A DNA stretch of 64,000 nucleotides, taken from the IMG/VR virus record IMGVR_UViG_3300014631_000001, positions 19,662-83,661 of that record; one strand, 5' to 3'. How positions within the stretch are numbered: the first letter of the stretch is position 1; every line of letters begins with the position of its first letter. The DNA is from a virus. Taxonomy: Duplodnaviria > Heunggongvirae > Uroviricota > Caudoviricetes. Positions 57,637-64,000 of the stretch are shown here, one piece after another. The notes beneath the pieces are model-generated. The model was not told where the DNA came from, searched no databases, and saw nothing but the letters and a program-made list of their open reading frames with translations. The translations under genes and the position numbers were made by a program.

Positions 57637-58170
57637 ATGTGTATTTTATGCGAATTGAAAAAAGCTGCCGCCAAGCAGTCTGAAGAGCGTTCCTCTGAAA
57701 TCACTCTTTCTGAAGTGGCAAAACATGCTCGTGCGATCGTCAACAAAGAGAATCTGAATCCAGTGCAAGCTATTGCAGCACTGCAATTCCTGATGCCGGT
57801 AATGAAAGACCCGGAGATGATGCTGGAGTTGTTTATTAAAGCCGACGATGAAGCCCAGGCAAACAAAGCACCGCTTACTGGTGATAGCACTGTAGGCTCA
57901 ATCCAACGTGTTGAAGAGCTGGAAAAAGAAGTCGCACGCCTTAATACCCAGATCAATCTGCAGGCCATTAATGGCAAGGCGATGGGTGATGCGCTGGCCT
58001 CGTTAAGTGCAAGCATGAACATTGAGCTGCCAGTTCTGGACGGTACCAACCCGCGATCTACTGTTCAAGCCCTGGCGTCAGTCGCAGACAAACTTGAAAG
58101 CCACAAAGCCGGTATTGAATTCTGGATGCGCGAAATCACTAACCGCTACGATCTAAACAAAGCCGCTTAA
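57637..58170 (+). CDS. hypothetical coiled-coil protein
   Basis: 177 aa with the conserved start motif. Confidence 0.5.
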   Translation: MCILCELKKAAAKQSEERSSEITLSEVAKHARAIVNKENLNPVQAIAALQFLMPVMKDPEMMLELFIKADDEAQANKAPLTGDSTVGSIQRVEELEKEVARLNTQINLQAINGKAMGDALASLSASMNIELPVLDGTNPRSTVQALASVADKLESHKAGIEFWMREITNRYDLNKAA

Positions 58171-58225
58171 CCATTTCCAGGGCGCTGACCAGCGCTCTAA
58201 ACAAGTTGTTTATTGAGATAATTAA

Positions 58226-58561
58226 ATGCCTAAGTTACGCGTTTGGCACGTTCCTCAAGTGCCTATGAAGTCGTTCAAAATTGAAGTTTCAAGCGTTGAA
58301 GAAGCCATCAAGCTGATGGATACCTTGGCTCAGTATGATCTCTTTCAGTATGAGAATCAGGTCAAGCCAGACTACTGCAATGCTTCAGGCCTGCAGATGT
58401 ATGACGAAACCCTCACCGATGAGGACGTCCTTGAAATGGAACTGGATGACAAATGGATCGACTGGTATCACGAGTCAGACCAAGGATATTGGGATAATCC
58501 CCGTCAGTATCTGGAAGAGTACAAACAGCCCAGCAGCCTAGCAGAAGAGTCAAAGGTTTAA
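58226..58561 (+). CDS. acidic hypothetical protein
   Basis: 111 aa. Confidence 0.45.
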   Translation: MPKLRVWHVPQVPMKSFKIEVSSVEEAIKLMDTLAQYDLFQYENQVKPDYCNASGLQMYDETLTDEDVLEMELDDKWIDWYHESDQGYWDNPRQYLEEYKQPSSLAEESKV

Positions 58562-58563
58562 AT

Positions 58564-59166
58564 ATGGACATCATCATCGACAAAGCTCGCACTTATGCGA
58601 CCGCTGCTCACGGCGCTGTTGGTCAGCGCCGCAAGTACACTAACGAGCCGTACATCACCCACCCAACCGCTGTTGCCGAGCTGGTTCGTGCGCATGGCGG
58701 CACCAGGGACATGATTGCGGCCGCGTATCTTCACGATGTCATTGAAGACACTCAAATGACCTTCGACGATCTGAAAGAGGCGTTTGGCGAGAGTATTGCG
58801 TGGAAGGTAGATGCGTTGACCAATAAAGCCGGCAAAGAAGATGGTAACCGCGTACAGCGTTTTGTTATCAACTGCCGCGCGCTAATAAATAGCCTCGATG
58901 AAGAAACTATGGTGATTAAGCTGTGCGATCTGCTGCATAACACCTCTTCCATCGTTGAGCATGACCACGGATTCGCTGCGATCTACCTTGCTGAAAAAGA
59001 GTTCATGATGGATGAAATCTTCGGTCTGATGAAAGGCGGTCTGGCCGACATCGTCTGTGCAAAATTAGTGTGGGGCTATGAGCAATTGAGCACCAGTTTT
59101 AAGGCTCGTCATCTAAAGCATTTGCGTACTATCCAGACTGCGTGGAGTGAACAAGATGCTGCCTGA
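58564..59166 (+). CDS. HD-domain phosphohydrolase, RelA/SpoT-homolog small alarmone hydrolase-like ((p)ppGpp hydrolase)
   Basis: ARTYATAAHGAVGQRRKYTNEPYITHPTAVAELV...AAYLHDVIEDT matches the SpoT/Mesh1 HD hydrolase signature AH.GQ.R..GEPYI.HP..VA and HD...EDT. Confidence 0.65.
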   Translation: MDIIIDKARTYATAAHGAVGQRRKYTNEPYITHPTAVAELVRAHGGTRDMIAAAYLHDVIEDTQMTFDDLKEAFGESIAWKVDALTNKAGKEDGNRVQRFVINCRALINSLDEETMVIKLCDLLHNTSSIVEHDHGFAAIYLAEKEFMMDEIFGLMKGGLADIVCAKLVWGYEQLSTSFKARHLKHLRTIQTAWSEQDAA

Positions 59167-59896
59167 AGCCACCAGCGCCCTCGATCGCCATTTATTGATG
59201 GAGAGATTTCTAAGGGCAGTGCCAACCGAAGAGCTTCTCTACCACGATATAAACAGCTGGTACGCGCACAAAGCGCATGAGCAAGCCGAGGAAATGCGCG
59301 ATGAAATGGACTCACCTGCTGGTGGGCTTTTGAAATTCCTCAGTAGCGGGCCGATGTCAGGTATGGCGGCAATGATGTTCGCCAAGGAGTTCAAGGACAC
59401 ACCGGCCACAAACTATTATGAGCTGGTGTATCAAGTGCCTGAGATGGGATCTTTCACGGTCACAATCCAGCGAAACGATGCAGAGACACCAGCCCTTCAG
59501 CTGGCCGCTGCTAAAGAGCGAATTGCCGTGCTCGAAGAGTCGCACGGTCAGGTGATTCAGGCGCGTGATTTGTACAAGCAGAGCTGGCAGCTGTCATCTC
59601 TACAATCGATGTCTCGATCGTTCCGCGATGCAGTGAGAGCTGCGCGCAAGGTATGGCTGGATGAGAATGACCCGAAGGATGGCACTGACTGCGTCACCCC
59701 ATTCGACCAGTTCCTATACACGGAAGTTGTTTCTGGTGAAGGCGTTGATTTGCCAGACCTCTTCGAGTTGATGGAGTGGGCGAAATATCCATCCGATGGG
59801 CGCGATCTCAACTCAGTGGCCAAGGGCAAGATGTCTCGTCTTATTCTTTCCGCGACCGGTTTGGGTGATGCGTCACTTACAGTAAGCGATCGGTAA
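59147..59896 (+). CDS. hypothetical protein
   Basis: 249 aa ORF. Confidence 0.5.
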   Translation: MNKMLPEATSALDRHLLMERFLRAVPTEELLYHDINSWYAHKAHEQAEEMRDEMDSPAGGLLKFLSSGPMSGMAAMMFAKEFKDTPATNYYELVYQVPEMGSFTVTIQRNDAETPALQLAAAKERIAVLEESHGQVIQARDLYKQSWQLSSLQSMSRSFRDAVRAARKVWLDENDPKDGTDCVTPFDQFLYTEVVSGEGVDLPDLFELMEWAKYPSDGRDLNSVAKGKMSRLILSATGLGDASLTVSDR

Positions 59897-60009
59897 TTCT
59901 TTAAAGCAAGTGGTGTAGCGCGGGGAAAGCATCTCGCGCTTCATCTGCCACTGGTTATCAACCCCCTGCTCTGCGAACCAAACCTTCCCCAACCCTGAGC
60001 CAAATGGAA

Positions 60010-60028
60010 AAGGGGCGATCCGCCCCTT
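60010..60028. terminator. bidirectional hairpin AAGGGGCGATCCGCCCCTT
   Basis: Seen between convergent genes. Confidence 0.55.
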
Positions 60029-60030
60029 AG

Positions 60031-60681
60031 TTAGTAGTTGGTGAATTGAGCATAGGGAACCCTAAGACCACCGCGAACGCCAAATGACTGCGCATATGTT
60101 GGCTGCTTTTTGCTGACGTATCGGCATTGGATTTGAGTGCCTGTCCACTTGGTAATAAGCCCAGAGTAACCCACAACCGCGCCATCGTCAGATATGTTCC
60201 CAGGCAACGCATTCATTAAAATCCATGGGTTAAAGTTGACATTAAAGGACACGGTAGATGAATCCACCGGCGAGTTGGTAGGAAGGTCAATAAAGCCTCT
60301 GATGCGCGGCGCAAGCTCTGCGCTTTTTGCACTCCACACCAGTTGACCGCTGGCATTCAATACATCCAGATAACCACTCTGGATCGCAACGTTTCGGCTG
60401 GTTCTAATAATGCGACCACTATTGTTCTGAAAGCACCAGGCGCCAGGCATTGCGAACGCACCGGGATTTAGCTGATACCAATAGAGATACCCAGGTTGTG
60501 GCCAACTGTTACTAGGTAAAAAACCAAAAGGATAGTCGCCGCCAAATGGGTTCTTGACTTGGTAATAGCCTATATCCGTTAGGCCAGTAATATTTCTAAT
60601 GTCTGAAAAAAGCGTGGTTCGATTGTCAGAATCGACCATGACCGCCCCAGCATCGTTGAATAACTCAAATCCATATGACAT
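60031..60681 (-). CDS. hypothetical protein (paralog of the next gene; possibly virion or surface-related)
   Basis: 216 aa, Gly/Asn/Ser-rich beta-type composition. The N-terminus MSYGFELFNDAGAVMVDSDN parallels the neighbour. Confidence 0.5.
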   Translation of the reverse strand: MSYGFELFNDAGAVMVDSDNRTTLFSDIRNITGLTDIGYYQVKNPFGGDYPFGFLPSNSWPQPGYLYWYQLNPGAFAMPGAWCFQNNSGRIIRTSRNVAIQSGYLDVLNASGQLVWSAKSAELAPRIRGFIDLPTNSPVDSSTVSFNVNFNPWILMNALPGNISDDGAVVGYSGLITKWTGTQIQCRYVSKKQPTYAQSFGVRGGLRVPYAQFTNY

Positions 60682-60690
60682 GTGATCTCC

Positions 60691-60985
60691 TTATGCGTAC
60701 CGGTACACTTCAACCGTGAACGTCTCAGGCGAGTTGTAGTCGTTCATCTGGTACAAAGTGAAACTGTTTGTGCCTGTGACACAATAACAATCTACGAACC
60801 CTCCGAATGAGTTTTGCGTGATGATAGCGAATGAATTTGAAGCATCGATCCCTGGTACAAATTGAGTAAACGATTTAGCTCCTGATGCCATTTTCGCAAT
60901 GTATGTGCCAATAAAACGGCAGTTGTAATCGCTGAGATCGACGACCAGCTGGCCGCTCCCATCCCAGCACTGAAGCCCGAAAGTC
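60691..60985 (-). CDS. hypothetical protein (paralog of 60031..60681)
   Basis: MTFGLQCWDGSGQLVVDLSDYN N-terminus. The ORF-track start at 61092 is probably too far upstream. Confidence 0.4.
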
Positions 60986-61104
60986 ATGGTTAAAATCCTT
61001 TTCAACCGTTGAAAGTCTTGACATTTTACATTTATCTTAAAGCCGTAAACAAATTGTTTTGTGCCGTGTCTTATATGAAATAATAACACCAATAAGAAAA
61101 CATT

Positions 61105-62808
61105 TTGTTTAATGGTGGGTACATGAGCACAGCACTTTCAATTATCGAAGCTTCATCCCCTGGTAGCAGCGTGGCATTCCGCGAAGAGCTGGCGATCATC
61201 AACAACATCGTAGCTGAGTGCGATCGTGAGATTGCCCTGATGCATGAGGTTCACGACTACGTGTATGGGGATGACCGGTATCAGATGATTAATCGACTGT
61301 TAGAGCTGAACCACCAGCCAGATTGCAACGCGCGCCCGGGCAGCACACTCTCTAAAGTAAACTTGGAGCATGTGAAGGAGAACATTCACGCGCGTTACTG
61401 GCAGCGGGTGACAGAAATGACCAATGTCTTAATGATCATGCCAGCTGCGCGCCGTGAGGAATGGCGAGAACAGTTTATCCAGGGGAAGATAGAAGTTTCC
61501 GAAGAACGCAAAACGGGAATGTTCAAGGACACGTACCGCGCTAAGAAGTATGTAGGCGTCCCAGAGTTCACTCTTCAAACAGTTGTACCGACAATGGTCT
61601 CGTTGTTGAATGACCGTCACAAGTACCTAGTGGAGCGTGTGCATGGTTTATTCAAGGCACTCAGCCCACACCACAAAACCAACAAGGTGTTTGGCTTTTC
61701 TGAAAAGATGATCATCTCCTATGTCTTTACGGACTACTGGAATGACAGTATTTCAATCAACTACCGCAAAGAGGACGTGCTCGACGACCTGCGAGTGATG
61801 CTTCACTTCTTCGCGCATCAGGAAATTACAGAGGTGGCGCCTTCACGTCATGTATTCAGCGCGCTTTATCGTGATAATAAGGCAATGAACACCTGGTACA
61901 GCATCGATGGCAATTTGATGCGTGTGAAGATGTTCAAAAATGGCAACCTGCACATTCAGGTACATCCGGACGTAGCATGGAAACTTAACGAGGTGCTGGC
62001 AGTGGCCATGCCTGCATCAATTCCTTCAGAGTTGCATAAGCCTCCAGTAAAGAGCGCCCCGCCAAAAGAGTTTGGTCAGGTACACACGGAAGTAAGTAGC
62101 CAGGCCAGAAGAGCCCTTTCCACGATGAGCAATCGTTACGGCAGCTGGTCATATAGCCATCACGGCTTGGCCAAATCAGAAATTGAGAAGGCTGACGCAG
62201 TAATTAAGCGGATCGGCGGCGTCGAGACCAGCAGCAACTGTTTTAAGTTCCCATATGAACCAGGCAACATCATTAGCATGATCATGGCCACCGGTCAGAT
62301 ACCGGATGTGGTTGCCCACCAGTTCTACCCTACCCCAAAGATAATTGCGGATTATGTGGCGGCGGCGTTGGATATGAAGCCAGGCGAAACATTGCTTGAG
62401 CCTTCAGCCGGCCGCGGTGATTTGCTTTCGGGGGTGCCACAGGCTCATGAATTTGCAACATGCGTTGAGGTGGCGCCGCTATTCGCGGAGATCTTGAAGG
62501 AGAAAGGCTTCCAGGATTTGCACTACGCGGATTTCATGGCTTGGACTAAGGACTACGCCCAAATGAAGTTCGACAAGATCGCTATGAACCCGCCGTACTC
62601 TGAAGGTCGTGCCAAAGCCCATACAATTACCGCTCTTGAGCATTTAAAGGTTGGTGGCCGGCTGGTGGCTGTTCTGCCTGGAGTACCAAACCTGACGGAG
62701 TGGATTGATGAGCACCGTTATATTTGTGCGATTGGCAAAACTTTCGAACGAGAGTTCGAGAATACCAGCGTCACTGTCACTGTCTGCATCTTCAAACGCA
62801 TCAGCTAA
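61105..62808 (+). CDS. N6-adenine DNA methyltransferase fused to a roughly 380-aa N-terminal domain of unknown function
   Basis: C-terminal FYPTP (motif I-like), LEPSAGRG (AdoMet binding), NPPY (motif IV). No match recognised for the N-terminal two thirds. Confidence 0.65.
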   Translation: MFNGGYMSTALSIIEASSPGSSVAFREELAIINNIVAECDREIALMHEVHDYVYGDDRYQMINRLLELNHQPDCNARPGSTLSKVNLEHVKENIHARYWQRVTEMTNVLMIMPAARREEWREQFIQGKIEVSEERKTGMFKDTYRAKKYVGVPEFTLQTVVPTMVSLLNDRHKYLVERVHGLFKALSPHHKTNKVFGFSEKMIISYVFTDYWNDSISINYRKEDVLDDLRVMLHFFAHQEITEVAPSRHVFSALYRDNKAMNTWYSIDGNLMRVKMFKNGNLHIQVHPDVAWKLNEVLAVAMPASIPSELHKPPVKSAPPKEFGQVHTEVSSQARRALSTMSNRYGSWSYSHHGLAKSEIEKADAVIKRIGGVETSSNCFKFPYEPGNIISMIMATGQIPDVVAHQFYPTPKIIADYVAAALDMKPGETLLEPSAGRGDLLSGVPQAHEFATCVEVAPLFAEILKEKGFQDLHYADFMAWTKDYAQMKFDKIAMNPPYSEGRAKAHTITALEHLKVGGRLVAVLPGVPNLTEWIDEHRYICAIGKTFEREFENTSVTVTVCIFKRIS

Positions 62809-62951
62809 AAACATCAATTAAACAGATAACTAAACAATTAAATAAGTTGTTTTTGTGAGTTAGTGATTTGCTAAGATTGGAGCATAGGTATACACCAGCT
62901 GGTAAATTACTAGTATGATAAAACACCTAAAAATTGGCTTGGTACTGATTA

Positions 62952-64000
62952 ATGACTGACACAGCGTACTCAAAATTTTTAAATAAAGAGGTTGATCCAG
63001 AGCAGTACCTCGATCTTCTAGGTATAGATATTAGCCAGATACATGATTTTGCACGTGAGGATATTATTTGTCCGATTTGTGAAGCTTCAGGAGGTACTTA
63101 TGTCAGAGCTGCACAATCGAGCAACTATCATAAAAAGGCTCATTTTAGGTTTATTGGAAAGGATGGAGAGAGCGCTCATCATCCATCTTGTGATTTTTAT
63201 GGGGATCGCTTATCACATGAGATAGGTCAGCACCTTGTGCGGTACAGCACAGACAGAACCAAGATCACCCATGTTATTAGAAAGCTGGTATGTGCTGGCA
63301 TCCAGGAAGAGGTTTTTTCACAGGAGACAATGAGACTGATGCGTCAGTGGTTTTTTGAAAAACGTACGGCATCAACATTTGTAATAGAAGTTTCAGAAGA
63401 GAAGATTGGTTGGCTAGACTTCATCGTCAATCTTCCTAGGCACCCATACGCAAATGGTAGAGATAATTTAATACCTTTCTCTCCAGTGCAAGCAACAATT
63501 CCTGGTTTTTCTTGGAAAGAAGCAATCCAAAGAGAGGCAGTTAGAATTCACCAGCCAACCCTTAGAGCACTAGATGAGCTTAAAATATGGCCAAAGCATA
63601 TTAGAGAGCTTAGCGATTTTATGCACCGCATTAATAAGCAAAGGCAGCTGATAGATCCGTCTCTGCTACGTGAAGAATATTCAAAAACACTTCAGTTAAC
63701 ATCTTTCATAGTCAATAATTATTCAGCTTTTCAGAACAAAGCGGTGCGTGACCGAGCTGATGGTGAAGAAAAACTGCTTGCATTTGCGGCTCTCTTGTTG
63801 TTCGTTTCCGACTGGAAGATTGATGCTGCTATTATGAAATTCGCCGTTATTGCCAACACCAAGCATGTTGATGACATGCTTGCAGGTAATTTTATTGGCC
63901 TTAATCCGTATTTGAAATTTTCTATAGCAGATACTGCCAAGAAACTTCAGGAAAGTGATGATATAGTTTATGAAGAAGTGGAACTATGGGATGTAGAGAA
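62952..64000 (+). CDS. hypothetical protein, AT-rich, 3' end truncated by window (at least 349 aa); not in the supplied ORF track
   Basis: Hand translation from ATG 62952 gives an uninterrupted frame to the window end: MTDTAYSKFLNKEVDPEQYLDLLGIDISQIHDFAREDIICPICEASGG...HHPSCDFYGD... 1049 bp of AT-rich DNA with no stop codons. Confidence 0.5.
   Translation, partial: MTDTAYSKFLNKEVDPEQYLDLLGIDISQIHDFAREDIICPICEASGGTYVRAAQSSNYHKKAHFRFIGKDGESAHHPSCDFYGDRLSHEIGQHLVRYSTDRTKITHVIRKLVCAGIQEEVFSQETMRLMRQWFFEKRTASTFVIEVSEEKIGWLDFIVNLPRHPYANGRDNLIPFSPVQATIPGFSWKEAIQREAVRIHQPTLRALDELKIWPKHIRELSDFMHRINKQRQLIDPSLLREEYSKTLQLTSFIVNNYSAFQNKAVRDRADGEEKLLAFAALLLFVSDWKIDAAIMKFAVIANTKHVDDMLAGNFIGLNPYLKFSIADTAKKLQESDDIVYEEVELWDVE

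Noticed and set aside
57126-58049. Two minus-strand ORFs (154 and 146 aa)
   Set aside because: Antisense to + strand genes that carry the conserved start motif and terminators.
63043-63225. 60-aa ORF from the supplied track
   Set aside because: Lies in a different frame inside the long uninterrupted frame starting at 62952. The long frame is far more likely to be the real gene.

Overview
This 64 kb window looks like a temperate phage-plasmid. My guess from gene content is the SSU5/pHCM2 group, but nothing was searched, so that is inference. Genes are tightly packed and mostly on the + strand. There is a plasmid-maintenance core: a 5'-truncated ParA fragment plus a small ParB/ParG-like gene at the window start, and a minus-strand iteron-type repA flanked by 8 downstream and about 5 upstream 15-bp iterons, a six-GATC cluster and DnaA-box-like sites. 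That layout matches the P1 oriR/incC/incA arrangement. A large T4-like DNA replication, recombination and nucleotide-metabolism set is also present: DnaB-like helicase, primase, ATP-dependent ligase, a DnaE-type polymerase split into two ORFs, DnaQ-like exonuclease, gp32-like SSB, UvsX/RecA, a possible UvsY-like mediator, FEN/RNase H, SbcCD-like nuclease, RuvC-like resolvase, nrdAB, thyA, frd, glutaredoxin, a Dam-like N6-adenine methyltransferase, a MoxR/CobS-like AAA ATPase with a vWA/CobT-like partner, an SPFH lipoprotein and an HD-domain (p)ppGpp-hydrolase-like protein. Set into this backbone are AT-rich, mostly minus-strand accessory modules. The most notable is a four-gene cluster with an HNH nuclease next to a tyrosine recombinase, an XRE repressor and a perfect palindrome. 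Others are an AT-rich pair at 26.4-27.3 kb, a methyltransferase-fusion gene followed by a long AT-rich ORF that runs off the window end, and single AT-rich genes. Three layers of dispersed sequence signals recur across the window: a roughly 20-bp palindrome (ATAGGTAGTTAACTACCTAT) upstream of at least 12 operons, a near-palindromic AAACAAGTTGTTT motif upstream of at least 8 genes, and an extended conserved translation-initiation region (AAGGAAAAcACATG) at about 19 starts. There is also a 15-mer (AATGATTCCATACAT) present 5 times, once inside dnaE, and two gene-free regions that look like structured RNAs. No CRISPR arrays, rRNA or convincing tRNA genes were found.
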